Source: an uncultured Haloferula sp. (GTDB lineage Bacteria > Verrucomicrobiota > Verrucomicrobiia > Verrucomicrobiales > Akkermansiaceae). Taken from it: DNA of 64,000 bases. Numbering within the stretch: the stretch's first letter is position 1; each line of letters starts with the position of its first letter. The stretch spans positions 320,001-384,000 of the forward strand of contig CBFGTS010000001.1 of assembly GCA_965652295.1 (NCBI GenBank), written 5' to 3'. Shown here piece after piece: positions 20,869 through 30,927 of this stretch. The translations under genes were made by a program, and so were the position numbers. The notes beneath the pieces are model-generated. The model had not been told where the DNA came from, searched no databases, and worked only from the letters and a program-made list of their open reading frames with translations.

Positions 20869-21415
20869 AGCCGCGGCCCGGAGCAATCGGGACAGCGCTT
20901 TGCGCCGTGGCTACCCAAACGGTTGTCCGCTCCGGTTTCCATGGCTGGTTTGCGGAGCGGCGACCGGTGATTTCCCAGGCTGAGCGGAAGGAGTTTCTCG
21001 GGACAGTACTCCTTTCGCCGATTACCCCGCGTGTCCGTGCCGGTTTCCATGGCTGGTTTGCGGCACGGACCGCGGCATTTTTTTCCAACGACACTCCGGC
21101 TCCGTCTCTCGGGACAGCGGCGGCACCGGAGTCACTCATGACGGTTGTCCGCTCCGGTTTCCATGGCTGGTTTGCGGGGCGGCGACCGATGATTTCCCAG
21201 GCTGAGCGGAAGGAGTTACTCGGGACAGCACTCCTTTCGCCGATTACCCCGCGTGTCCGCGCCGGTTTCCATGGCTGGTTTGCGGCGCGGACCGCGGCAT
21301 TTTTTTCCAAAGTAGCTCCGGCTCCGTCTCTCGGGACAGCGTCGGCTCCGGAGCTTCGCAAAACGGTTGTCCGCTCCGGTTTCCATGGCTGGTTTGCGGA
21401 GCGGCGACCGGTGAT
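20869..21415 (+). repeat. Array of five ~111-nt two-hairpin modules (222-nt higher-order repeat) between mraZ and rsmH
   Basis: CGGGACAG at 20888, 20999, 21110, 21221, 21332; CCGGTTTCCATGGCTGGTTTGCGG at 20932, 21040, 21154, 21262, 21376; each is flanked by inverted repeats. Confidence 0.92.
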
Positions 21416-21419
21416 TTTC

Positions 21420-22382
21420 ATGAGCGAGTCGGCCGAAGGCGGCGCTTGCGACTACCACCTGTCGGTCCTTCCGGAGGAAACGAAGCATTGGATGGCCGCA
21501 GGGCCGGGGAAGTTCATCATCGATGGCACCCTCGGCGGAGGCGGCCACAGCGAGGCGTTTCTCAAGGACGGAGCACGCGTGCTCGGAGTCGATCGCGATC
21601 CCGAGGCCATTGCCTACGCCAGCGCACGGCTGGCCCCGTATGGCGACCGCTTCCGCACGTGGCATGGAAACTTTGCCGATCTCTGTGAAGATCCCGAGAT
21701 CCAGGGGGGAGAGCGGGCCGACGGTCTGCTCCTGGATCTCGGGGTGTCTTCCCATCAGCTCGATGCCCCGGAGCGGGGCTTTTCGTTCATGCGCGAGGGC
21801 CCGCTCGACATGCGCATGGGCCCGGCGGTGGAAAAGACCGCGGCGGATCTGGTCAACACCTGGTCCGAGGCGGAAATCGTCCGCATCCTCCGCGAATACG
21901 GCGAGGAGCCCAAAGCGCGCCGGATCGCGGCCGCCATCGTCCGCCAGCGGGCGGAGAAGCCGTTTTCCACGACCACCGACCTCGCCGGCTGCATTGAAAA
22001 GACGGTCGGCCGCAGCGGTCGCACCCATCCGGCCACCCGCGCTTTTCAGGCGATCCGGATCGCCGTCAATGACGAGCTCGGCTCGCTGAGGAGAGCGTTG
22101 GAGGCTTCCATCCATCTTCTGAAGCCCGGAGGACGGTTGCTGGTCATCACCTTCCACAGCCTCGAGGACCGGATGGTGAAACAATTCATGAGGGATCGGT
22201 CCCGGGAATGGATCGACCAACCCCAATGGCCGGAGCCACGGCGGAACCCCGACCGGGTCTTCCGGCTGCCACAGTTGAAGGCGATCGCCGCAACCCCTGA
22301 AGAAATCCAAGTCAATCCCCGGGCCCGCAGTGCGAAACTGCGGGTCGCCGAGCTTCTGGACCCAGCCGAAACCGCACCATGA
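21420..22382 (+). CDS. rsmH: 16S rRNA m4C1402 methyltransferase RsmH (frame open back to ATG 20772)
   Basis: HLSVL, DGTLGGGGHS, DLGVSSHQLD, RGFSF..GPLDMRM, HPATRAFQAIRIAVN, ITFHSLEDR, NPRARSAKLR. Confidence 0.96.
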   Translation: MSESAEGGACDYHLSVLPEETKHWMAAGPGKFIIDGTLGGGGHSEAFLKDGARVLGVDRDPEAIAYASARLAPYGDRFRTWHGNFADLCEDPEIQGGERADGLLLDLGVSSHQLDAPERGFSFMREGPLDMRMGPAVEKTAADLVNTWSEAEIVRILREYGEEPKARRIAAAIVRQRAEKPFSTTTDLAGCIEKTVGRSGRTHPATRAFQAIRIAVNDELGSLRRALEASIHLLKPGGRLLVITFHSLEDRMVKQFMRDRSREWIDQPQWPEPRRNPDRVFRLPQLKAIAATPEEIQVNPRARSAKLRVAELLDPAETAP

Positions 22383-22720
22383 ACCGCCGACGCTCCGAAC
22401 CCAGGAAATCCCACCTCGCCGCCTACATCGCCCTCGGCCTGCTCACGGGCATCGCCACCACCGGTGGAGCCATGCACGCGATTTTCCGCAACGGCCAGAT
22501 CCAAACCGAGCGCAAGATCAGCGAGGCCCGCAAGCGCATCGAGGAAGTCCGGGCCGACATCCAGTTGATCGACGTCCGCCGCGAGCGCCTGATGGATCGC
22601 TACGAGATCCGCGATCAGCTGGCCATGCTCGACTCACCGCTCGTGCCGGTGACCTACGAGGTCATCGAGCGCATCCAGGACCCTTCGGTCGAGCCCATGC
22701 CCGTTGCCGCCCATCCCTGA
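22379..22720 (+). CDS. ftsL: Probable cell division protein FtsL
   Basis: Single TM plus coiled coil, located between rsmH and ftsI. Confidence 0.65.
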   Translation: MNRRRSEPRKSHLAAYIALGLLTGIATTGGAMHAIFRNGQIQTERKISEARKRIEEVRADIQLIDVRRERLMDRYEIRDQLAMLDSPLVPVTYEVIERIQDPSVEPMPVAAHP

Positions 22721-22727
22721 TTTTCCC

Positions 22728-24659
22728 GTGACCCGGCGGAACTTCCAGCGTCGTTGTTTGCTCCTGTGCTCGATCTTCGTGATCGGGCTCAGTTTGCTTT
22801 CGGTGCGGTTGATCCAGATCCAGTTGCTGGACCGCCAGAAATACCGCGAGCGCGCCCGCGCCGCCTACGACCGCAGCGAGGTCTTGCCCGGCCTCCGGGG
22901 GAAAATCGTCGATCGCAATGACGAGGTGCTGGCGAAGAGCATCGGGCTCAGCACCATGATGGTCGATGCGAAGCTGCTCCAGGACCCGGTCGTGGTCGTC
23001 CGCGCCCTGGCCTACAAGCGCGCTTCCACCGAGCCGGGATGGGACCAGCTTGGCAGTGATGAGAAGGCGCGCAAGGTCAAGGCCTACCGCAGCGTGATTC
23101 TGGAGGAGGAGAAGGAAGAGCTCCATATTCTCGTCGATCGTCATCTCGCCCATGCCGTGGGACTGCTCGCCCGTCCGCTGGGCCTCCGTCGCGAGGAACT
23201 CAGGGCACGCATTGAGGAGCCGCTGGCGAAAGGACGGAAGTACTTCCCCATTGCCAAGGACCTGCCCGAAGACATCGCCGATTCGATCCGCGAACTGATC
23301 GAGCGCAACGACCTCAAGGGCTTCCGTTGGGACAACAGCATCAAGCGCTGGTACAGCTCGCCCGATCTCGCCGTGCACGTCGTCGGCTACACCGGGGAGG
23401 AGAAAACCGTCGATGACCGGGGCGAGGACAAGTTCATCCAAGTCGGGAAGTTCGGCGTCGAGGCGGCGCTTGAGGAATACCTGCGCGGGCGCGACGGCCG
23501 CTGGGATCACCTCAACATTCCGATGCCCGGGGAGAAGGGCAACATGATCCCGCCGGTCCATGGCCTCAACGTCCAGCTCACGCTCGACATGGGCATCCAG
23601 GCGATGGTCGAGGAGGAATTCGACGCCGGGCTAGCGGAGTTCAAGGCCGAGCGTGGTTGCGTCGTCGTGCTGGATCCGGCTTCCGGCGAGGTGCTGGCGA
23701 TGGTCAGTCGCCCCGCCTTCAACCTGAATCTCAAGGAAGGTTTGTCCGAGGGCGCGATGAACTACGCGCTTCAGGGAATTTACGAGCCCGGGAGTACCTT
23801 CAAGATCATCGCCACCGCCGGGGCGCTGAACGAAAAGCTCGTTTCTCCGGACACGATGACTTTCTGTCACAACGGTCTTCTTCAGGAAGGCAAGCTTCGC
23901 ATTCCGGATCACCACCCCTACGGAATGCTGAGCGTCTGGGGAGTGCTTCAGAAATCGAGCAACATCGGCGCGTTCAAGATCGGGCGTCAGCTCGGGACGA
24001 AGCGCTTTTTCAACTATGCCCGGCGCTTCGGTTTCGGGGAGGAAACCGGAATCCTACTGAGCGGGGAATCGTCCGGGGTGGTGCGCGACACCAACAACCT
24101 CATCGATTTCAGCCGCCAGACCTACGGCTACGCCCTGAATGTGACTCCGCTCCAAGTGACCAACGCCTACGGCGCGATTGCCAATGGCGGCGAGTGGATC
24201 CGCCCGCGGGTCATCCGCTCGATCATCGCCCGCGATGGCACCGTGCTGGAGCGTTTCGAACCCGAGGTCGACCGCCGTGTGATCAGCGAACGCACCGCCC
24301 GCCAGATGCGGGAAGCCCTGGTGACCGTGGTGGAAAAAGGCGGCACCGCCACCCAGGCCGCGGTGCCGGGATACAAGGTCGCGGGCAAGACAGGGACGGC
24401 GCGGCGGGTCGAGGACGGCCGCTACCAAGAGGGCCATTACACCGTTTCCTTCGTGGGCTTCATGCCTGCCGAGGACCCTGCTTTCGTGTGTCTCGTGGTG
24501 GTGGACGACCCCCTCACCACCGAGGTCAAACGATACGGCGGCACCATTGCCGCACCGATTTTCGCGAAGATCGCCGCACGACTCGCAACGCACCTGCACT
24601 TGACTCCGACCGAGCCGGTGGACGACGAGGACGAACTCGCCGCCACCGAAAGACGATGA
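22728..24659 (+). CDS. ftsI: Class B penicillin-binding protein (FtsI)
   Basis: RGKIVDRN, GVE, EPGSTFK (SxxK), SSN, GKTGT. Confidence 0.9.
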   Translation: MTRRNFQRRCLLLCSIFVIGLSLLSVRLIQIQLLDRQKYRERARAAYDRSEVLPGLRGKIVDRNDEVLAKSIGLSTMMVDAKLLQDPVVVVRALAYKRASTEPGWDQLGSDEKARKVKAYRSVILEEEKEELHILVDRHLAHAVGLLARPLGLRREELRARIEEPLAKGRKYFPIAKDLPEDIADSIRELIERNDLKGFRWDNSIKRWYSSPDLAVHVVGYTGEEKTVDDRGEDKFIQVGKFGVEAALEEYLRGRDGRWDHLNIPMPGEKGNMIPPVHGLNVQLTLDMGIQAMVEEEFDAGLAEFKAERGCVVVLDPASGEVLAMVSRPAFNLNLKEGLSEGAMNYALQGIYEPGSTFKIIATAGALNEKLVSPDTMTFCHNGLLQEGKLRIPDHHPYGMLSVWGVLQKSSNIGAFKIGRQLGTKRFFNYARRFGFGEETGILLSGESSGVVRDTNNLIDFSRQTYGYALNVTPLQVTNAYGAIANGGEWIRPRVIRSIIARDGTVLERFEPEVDRRVISERTARQMREALVTVVEKGGTATQAAVPGYKVAGKTGTARRVEDGRYQEGHYTVSFVGFMPAEDPAFVCLVVVDDPLTTEVKRYGGTIAAPIFAKIAARLATHLHLTPTEPVDDEDELAATERR

Positions 24660-26158
24660 AACTCCGCGACGCCATCTCCGAACTCCGCAAACCCCTGGTC
24701 CAGGGGACGCTCGAACGCGAAATTCTTTCCGTCACCGCCGATTCGAGGACGGTGGAGGAGGGGAGCGTGTTCGTGGCGGTGCGCGGCAAGCAGGCGGACG
24801 GCCGGCGTTTCATCGATGACGCCGTGCAGCGGGGTGCCGTGGCGGTGATCGCCGATTCTCCTCCGGAAACGGGGGCCGCCAAGGAAATCACCTGGTTGCA
24901 GGTCGCCGATCCGCGCGCCGCCCTTTCCTCGCTCGCCGCCAAGCTGGCCGGCAGTCCTTCGGCCGACCTGAAACTCGCGGGCGTCACCGGCACCAACGGC
25001 AAAACGACCATCGCTTTCCTGCTCCATCATCTGATGCGGTCCGCGTGGCACCGCGCCGGGATGATTGGGACCATCAGGATCGATGACGGCATCGAAACCG
25101 CCGCTGCCAGCCACACCACCCCGGATGCGCCCGGTCTTCACGACCTGCTGGCCCGCATGGCTGGCAACGGTTGCCGCGGTGCGGCCATGGAGGTTTCCTC
25201 GCACGGCATCGACCAGAAGCGGGTGGCTGATGTCGCCTTCGACGCGCTGATTTTCTCCAACCTCACCCAGGACCACCTCGACTATCACGGGACGATGGCC
25301 GCCTACGCCGAGGCGAAATACTCGTGGTTCGAGGCCACCGCCGCGCACCCGCGAGGCAAGAAGCCAGTGGCGGTGATCAATGTCGATGACGCCGCCGGCG
25401 CCGAGCTGGCCGAGCGGCTGGAGGGGAAAATGCCGGTGACCCGCTACGGCTTCGGCCTGCACACCGAGGTCCGCGCGCTCGATTTCCGCCAATCGCCCCG
25501 CGGCATGGAGATGAAGCTTGAAGTACGGGGGAAGCAGTATCTCGTCCGCACGCCGCTGATCGGCCGTTTCAACGCCTACAACATCATGGCGGTGCTCGGC
25601 GCGGCCAAGGCGCTCGGTCTTTCGTTCCGCTCCGCCATTTCCGACCTGGCGGAGGCTCCTCAGGTGCCGGGCCGGATGGAGAACTGCGGCACCCGCGATG
25701 GGGTCACCGTCTTCGTCGATTACGCCCATACCCCCGATGCGCTGGAAAACGCCTGCCGCACGCTCAAGGAGCTGGAGCCGAAGCGTTTGATCACCGTCTT
25801 CGGCTGTGGTGGCGACCGCGACAAGGCCAAGCGTCCGTTGATGGCCAAGGCCGCCGCCCGCCATTCGGACGCCTGCATCATCACCTCCGACAACCCGCGC
25901 AGCGAGGACCCCGAGGAGATCATCCGGCAGATCGAAAGCGGCATGGGCTCCGCGCGCTACCGGACCGTGAGCGACCGTGCCGAGGCGATCCGGATCGCGG
26001 TCCACGCCGCGGCACCGGGTGACATTGTGCTGGTCGCGGGCAAGGGCCACGAAACATACCAGCAGTTCGCCGATCGGACGATCGACTTCGACGACCGGCG
26101 TGAAGTGAAACGCTCGCTGGCCGCCCGGCCGGATCCCGAGGAAAGGAGGCGTCCGTGA
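24656..26158 (+). CDS. murE: UDP-MurNAc-L-Ala-D-Glu--meso-DAP ligase
   Basis: GVTGTNGKTT, MEVSSH, NLTQDHLDYH, DYAHTPD, DNPR, AGKGHE. Confidence 0.96.
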   Translation: MKLRDAISELRKPLVQGTLEREILSVTADSRTVEEGSVFVAVRGKQADGRRFIDDAVQRGAVAVIADSPPETGAAKEITWLQVADPRAALSSLAAKLAGSPSADLKLAGVTGTNGKTTIAFLLHHLMRSAWHRAGMIGTIRIDDGIETAAASHTTPDAPGLHDLLARMAGNGCRGAAMEVSSHGIDQKRVADVAFDALIFSNLTQDHLDYHGTMAAYAEAKYSWFEATAAHPRGKKPVAVINVDDAAGAELAERLEGKMPVTRYGFGLHTEVRALDFRQSPRGMEMKLEVRGKQYLVRTPLIGRFNAYNIMAVLGAAKALGLSFRSAISDLAEAPQVPGRMENCGTRDGVTVFVDYAHTPDALENACRTLKELEPKRLITVFGCGGDRDKAKRPLMAKAAARHSDACIITSDNPRSEDPEEIIRQIESGMGSARYRTVSDRAEAIRIAVHAAAPGDIVLVAGKGHETYQQFADRTIDFDDRREVKRSLAARPDPEERRRP

Positions 26159-27519
26159 TCCCCGCCGATGCCAAGACCCTGGCCGAGGCTTGCGGCGGCG
26201 AAATCGTGACCGGTGACCCCGCGCAAGTGGCGGAAACCGTCTCGACCGACACCCGTACGCTTCAGCCCGGCTCGTGCTGGGTCGCGCTGAAGGGCGAGCG
26301 CTTTGATGCCAACACCTTCGCCGGCGAAGCCGCGGCCGCCGGAGCCAAGGTGCTGGTGGTCGAGAAACTGGAGGGCCCCGCGCCGCAGGGGACGACGGTC
26401 ATCGTCGTCAAAGACGGCCTGCTCGCCCTGCAGAAGCTCGCCCATTGGCATCGCATGGGTCTCGACCTCGAGGTGGTCGGCATCACCGGCTCGAACGGCA
26501 AGACCAGCACCAAGGATTTCACGCGCACCGTCCTCGGCACCCATTTCGAGACGGTGGCGACCAAGGGGAACTTCAACAACCACATCGGCGTTCCCCTCAC
26601 GCTGCTTTCCTTCGAGGCCCGCCACGAGGCGGCAGTGGTGGAAATGGGGATGAACCACGCCGGTGAAATCGCGCCGCTGTGCCAGATCGCGCGGCCCCGG
26701 ATCGGGATCATCACCAACATCGGCACGGCCCACATCGAGTATCTCGGCAGCCGGGAAGGCATCGCCGAGGAAAAAGGCGCGCTCGCCCGCGCGCTGCCGG
26801 AAGACGGGGCGCTGCTGGTTCCGGCAGGCTGCGATTTCGCGGAGTATTTCAAGAAGCGCACCAAGGCCAAGGTTCTGCCCGTGGGCAACTGCCGCGGCAT
26901 CGTCCGCGCCGAGAACCTGCGGCAGGACGGCGTCCGCTCGAAGTTCACGCTGGTGGTCGAGGGCAAACCGGTCGGAGAGGTCGACCTGCCGGTCATCGGC
27001 CGGCACATGGTCCGGAATGCGCTGCTGGCCGCCGGCTGCGGCTGGTTCCTCGGGGTGCCCTTCGACAAGATCTGCCAGGGTCTCAGCGGCACCATGCTGA
27101 CCAGCGGCCGGCTGCGTCGCTTCGAGGTGGAAGGCGTGACGGTGTTTGACGACACCTACAATGCCAATCCGGAATCGATGATTGCGGCGATCGACACGCT
27201 GGCCGATGTGCCGGTGGTCAATGGCGGCCGCCGCTTCGTGGTGCTGGGACGCATGGGTGAGCTGGGCGAGCATGCCGCCGAAGCCCATCCGCGGATCGGC
27301 CGCCTGGCCGCGGAACGTGGGCTGCATGTCGTGTCCGTGGGCGAGGGTGCCGAGGGCATCTCCCGCGGTGCCGGCGACGGTGAGCATTTCCCCCATATCG
27401 ATGATGCCGTGGCCGGCCTGACCGGACGCTTCCGCCCGGGCGATATCGTGCTTTTCAAAGCCAGCCGGGGTGCCGCGCTGGAACGGGTGATGGACCGGAT
27501 TTTTCCCCCTGAGAACTGA
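26155..27519 (+). CDS. murF: UDP-MurNAc-tripeptide--D-Ala-D-Ala ligase
   Basis: ITGSNGKTSTK, NNHIGVPLT, EMGMNH, DDTYNANPES, KASRG. Confidence 0.96.
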   Translation: MIPADAKTLAEACGGEIVTGDPAQVAETVSTDTRTLQPGSCWVALKGERFDANTFAGEAAAAGAKVLVVEKLEGPAPQGTTVIVVKDGLLALQKLAHWHRMGLDLEVVGITGSNGKTSTKDFTRTVLGTHFETVATKGNFNNHIGVPLTLLSFEARHEAAVVEMGMNHAGEIAPLCQIARPRIGIITNIGTAHIEYLGSREGIAEEKGALARALPEDGALLVPAGCDFAEYFKKRTKAKVLPVGNCRGIVRAENLRQDGVRSKFTLVVEGKPVGEVDLPVIGRHMVRNALLAAGCGWFLGVPFDKICQGLSGTMLTSGRLRRFEVEGVTVFDDTYNANPESMIAAIDTLADVPVVNGGRRFVVLGRMGELGEHAAEAHPRIGRLAAERGLHVVSVGEGAEGISRGAGDGEHFPHIDDAVAGLTGRFRPGDIVLFKASRGAALERVMDRIFPPEN

Positions 27520-28739
27520 TGCTCTACTGGATCTACGAATGGTGGCGGGCTGCTTTTGAAGCGGAAGCCGCAGCAAGCAAGGAGGGCTGGGCCCATACCT
27601 TGAGTTTCCTCAACCTGCTGCAATACATCACCTTCCGAGGCGCGCTCGCCTGTTTGATGGCATTCGGGCTGAGCATCCTCTTCGGACCCCGGGTGATCCG
27701 CCGGCTGATCTCGCTCAAGGTCGGCCAGCCGATCCGCACCGCGGAGGAGGTCCACAAGCTTGCCGAGCTCCACGGCGGCAAGGTCGGCACGCCGACGATG
27801 GGCGGGGTGCTCATCCTCGGGTCGGTGCTGGTTTCCACCTTCATCTGCGCTCGGCCGTTCAATCCATTCGTCGCCGTCTGTGCGTGCTCGATGGGGGCCC
27901 TGGGCCTGCTGGGGTTCGTCGACGACTACACCAAGGTGAAGCTGAAGAACTCCGACGGTGTCAGTGCCCGCACCAAGCTCTTCTGGCAGCTCGTGGTGGC
28001 GCTGGTGGCCAGCTCGTTCCTGTTTTTCAAAACGGAGATCTCCGGCTTCGGGGCGACTCCCGAGATGGCCGAGCAACTCGGTTTCCAGCCGGGCTATCTT
28101 TTCGCCGGCACTCCGATGAGTTTCAGCGAGGTGACCTTCCCGCTCTTCAAAGGGCCGATCATCGACCTCGGCTACCTGATCATCCCGTTCTACGCCGCGA
28201 TCATCATCGGGTGCTCGAATGCCGTGAACTTGACCGACGGCCTCGATGGTCTGGCCACCGGCTGCACGATCACCGTGTCCCTGGCCTACGCCGGCCTTGC
28301 CTATCTCGCCGGCCACCATTTCATGGCCAATGAATACCTGACGATCCCCTACAACCGCTTCGTCGGGGAGCTCTCGGTCTTTCTTCTCGCCCTGGCCGGC
28401 GCGGGCTTCGGCTTCCTGTGGTTCAACTGCCACCCGGCCAAGGTTTTCATGGGTGACACCGGTTCACTCGCGATCGGCGGTGCCCTCGGCACGGCCGCGC
28501 TGTGCGTGAAACAGGAGCTGCTGCTGGTGATCATCGGCGGCGTGTTCGTGATGGAGGCCCTCTCCGTCATGCTCCAGGTCGGCAGCTTCAAACTGCGGCG
28601 CAAGCGGATCTTCGCGATGGCTCCGATCCACCATCACTTCGAGCTCCGCGGCTGGCACGAGAGCCAGGTGATCATCCGTTTCTGGATCCTTTCCATCATG
28701 CTCGCCCTTGCGGGCATCGCCCTTCTCAAGATCGTCTGA
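27519..28739 (+). CDS. mraY: Phospho-N-acetylmuramoyl-pentapeptide transferase
   Basis: GTPTMGG, NAVNLTDGLDGL, FMGDTGSL, MAPIHHHFE. Confidence 0.97.
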   Translation: MLYWIYEWWRAAFEAEAAASKEGWAHTLSFLNLLQYITFRGALACLMAFGLSILFGPRVIRRLISLKVGQPIRTAEEVHKLAELHGGKVGTPTMGGVLILGSVLVSTFICARPFNPFVAVCACSMGALGLLGFVDDYTKVKLKNSDGVSARTKLFWQLVVALVASSFLFFKTEISGFGATPEMAEQLGFQPGYLFAGTPMSFSEVTFPLFKGPIIDLGYLIIPFYAAIIIGCSNAVNLTDGLDGLATGCTITVSLAYAGLAYLAGHHFMANEYLTIPYNRFVGELSVFLLALAGAGFGFLWFNCHPAKVFMGDTGSLAIGGALGTAALCVKQELLLVIIGGVFVMEALSVMLQVGSFKLRRKRIFAMAPIHHHFELRGWHESQVIIRFWILSIMLALAGIALLKIV

Positions 28740-30034
28740 TGAGCCTCACCGGACAGCGCGTGAACATCCTCGGTGCCGGTGCCAGTGGCCGGGCGGCGAT
28801 GGCGCTTGCCCTGCGCGAGGGTGCGGAGGTGCATGTGTTCGATGCGGGCCATCCCACCGGCCTGCCGGAAGGCGCGACCGTCCACGGTGGCGTGACGCCC
28901 GCCTCGGCGGAAGCCTGCGACCTGTTGGTGGTGAGCCCAGGCATCGATACCTATGGCCCGCTGGTGGGCGCGTTCTCCGGTCTCGCCGGGGAAACGGTCG
29001 GCGAGATCGAACTGGCCTGCCGCTACTACAACGGCCGTATCATCGCCATCACCGGCACCAACGGCAAGACCACCACCACCGAGCTCGTCGAGCGCCTGCT
29101 TCAGGCCGCCGGCACGACCGCCGTCGCCTGCGGAAACTACGGCGTGCCCGTCTGTGAGGTGGTCATGCGCGATCCGCAGCCCGCCGTGCTCGCGCTCGAA
29201 GCCAGCTCGTTCCAGCTCGAGACCATCGTCGATTTCCGCCCGGACGTCGCCGTGTGGCTGAATTTCGCACCCGACCACATGGACCGCTACCCGGACGTCG
29301 AGAGCTACCGCCGGGCGAAGCTCCGCATCTTCGAAAACCAGGGTGCCACCGATACGGTCGTGACCCGCGCCGGCGAGGAACTCCCCGAACTGGTGGGCCG
29401 CAAAATCACTTTTTCCACCGAGACCAAGGACGCCGACTGGTGGTCGGATGGCGAGACGCTGTTCCTCCACGGCGAGCCGGTTTTCAACCTGCTCCGGAGC
29501 TCCCACCTGCGCGGCCTGCACAATGCCGAGAACGCCATGGCCGCGCTCGCGGCCTGCGAGGCGATCGGCGTGAGCCGCGGAAAGCTGCTGGCCGCCTTCG
29601 ATGGCTATGCGCCGCCGCGCCACCGCTGCGAGCTGGTGCGCACGCTCGATGGCGTCGAGTGGCTCAACGACTCCAAGGCGACGAACCTGCACGCCCTCGA
29701 AAGCGCGCTGCGTTCGCAGACCCGCCCCGTCGTGCTGATCGCCGGCGGCAAGGAAAAGGGGCTCGACTACTCGCCGGTCCTCGCTCTGTTGGAAAAGCAC
29801 GCCGCTGCCGCGGTGACCTTCGGCCAGATCGGCGCGAAGCTCGGCGAACTTTTCGCGCAAGCCGTCCCGGTGGATACCTGCGACACGCTCGCCGAAGCTG
29901 TCGCCGCCGCCCACCGGCGCGCCGGCCGCGGGCAGGTCGTCATCCTTTCGCCCGGCACCTCCTCCTTCGATCAATTCACCGGCTACGAGGAACGCGGTGA
30001 CGTGTTCTGTCGGCTGGTCAACGAACTCCGCTAA
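28739..30034 (+). CDS. murD: UDP-MurNAc-L-Ala--D-Glu ligase
   Basis: ITGTNGKTTT, EASSFQL, DHMDRY, NDSKATN, LSPGTSSFDQF..RG. Confidence 0.96.
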   Translation: MSLTGQRVNILGAGASGRAAMALALREGAEVHVFDAGHPTGLPEGATVHGGVTPASAEACDLLVVSPGIDTYGPLVGAFSGLAGETVGEIELACRYYNGRIIAITGTNGKTTTTELVERLLQAAGTTAVACGNYGVPVCEVVMRDPQPAVLALEASSFQLETIVDFRPDVAVWLNFAPDHMDRYPDVESYRRAKLRIFENQGATDTVVTRAGEELPELVGRKITFSTETKDADWWSDGETLFLHGEPVFNLLRSSHLRGLHNAENAMAALAACEAIGVSRGKLLAAFDGYAPPRHRCELVRTLDGVEWLNDSKATNLHALESALRSQTRPVVLIAGGKEKGLDYSPVLALLEKHAAAAVTFGQIGAKLGELFAQAVPVDTCDTLAEAVAAAHRRAGRGQVVILSPGTSSFDQFTGYEERGDVFCRLVNELR

Positions 30035-30053
30035 CCCTCACATCGACACCCCT

Positions 30054-30905
30054 ATGAGAAACCAACGCATGACCGTGAAGCGCCGCTCCGTGAAGAAGAG
30101 CAAGTTCCGCACGCTCTTCGCGAATGTGGCCAAAAAGAAGAAGCGCCATCGCGCCGCCACCGCCGCCGTTTCCCCGGAAGAACTCGATGGCGATGTGCCG
30201 AACCTCGGCATCGGCAAGGCGCTGCTCGTGATCCTCGCCATCCACGTCGTGGCCATCGGCGGGATCTTTTACCACAGCTACCGCCTCGATCGCTCGGGCG
30301 AGCCGGCCAAGGCCGATGCTTCGAACCAGCGGGTGGTCAAGGCACCGGGAAATGAGTTCGCGGACAGTCCCGCGATCCGGGTGACGCCGTCGATCGCCCG
30401 CGCCGTCGAGCCGAGCGCCGATGAAGCACTGCCGATTTTCCGGGCCGCCGATCAGATTTACTCGGCCGGCACCGGAGACACCTACGCGACGATCGCGGCG
30501 CGCTTCGGCATCGATGAAATGGAGCTGCGCGCCGCCAACGACAACATTCCGCTGCGCCAGGGCCGCCGTCTGCGGATCCCGCCGAAGTCGATCACCGCCG
30601 TGGAACCCGCGGAGATCGCCGCCCTCCGCGTGACCTCCGCGCCCGACCCCGCGGCTCCGCCGGCCGAGGATCTGGTGGCCACCGATGCGGCCATCGCCCT
30701 CGACCGCCAGGTCGCCGCAGCTCCGAAAGCTGTTCCGGTCCGTGAACCGTCGGCCGGCACCGCCAGCTACAAGGTCGAATCCGGCGACACCTTCTGGAGC
30801 ATTGCCAAGCGCAACAACGTTTCCGTGGACCGGCTGATGCAGGTCAACGGCATCAGTGACGCCCGCAAGCTGCGGGTCGGCATGAACCTCGTGATCCCGC
30901 GCTGA
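30054..30905 (+). CDS. Membrane-anchored LysM peptidoglycan-binding protein (two LysM domains)
   Basis: TM segment; YSAGTGDTYATIAARFGI..LRAAN and YKVESGDTFWSIAKRNNVS..LMQVN..LRVGMNLVIP. Confidence 0.9.
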   Translation: MRNQRMTVKRRSVKKSKFRTLFANVAKKKKRHRAATAAVSPEELDGDVPNLGIGKALLVILAIHVVAIGGIFYHSYRLDRSGEPAKADASNQRVVKAPGNEFADSPAIRVTPSIARAVEPSADEALPIFRAADQIYSAGTGDTYATIAARFGIDEMELRAANDNIPLRQGRRLRIPPKSITAVEPAEIAALRVTSAPDPAAPPAEDLVATDAAIALDRQVAAAPKAVPVREPSAGTASYKVESGDTFWSIAKRNNVSVDRLMQVNGISDARKLRVGMNLVIPR

Positions 30906-30927
30906 CCCACCGCAACCCGCAGTTTCC

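Noticed and set aside
20869..21415. CRISPR array interpretation of the mraZ-rsmH repeats
   Set aside because: The intervening sequences are themselves repeated at 222 nt and form stems; there are two alternating conserved motifs; no cas genes are in the window.
23657..24655. Long upstream extensions of murE (also murD from 28502 and the DUF3365-like gene from 8842)
   Set aside because: These are alternative-frame overlaps with upstream genes; the real starts overlap the preceding stop codons.
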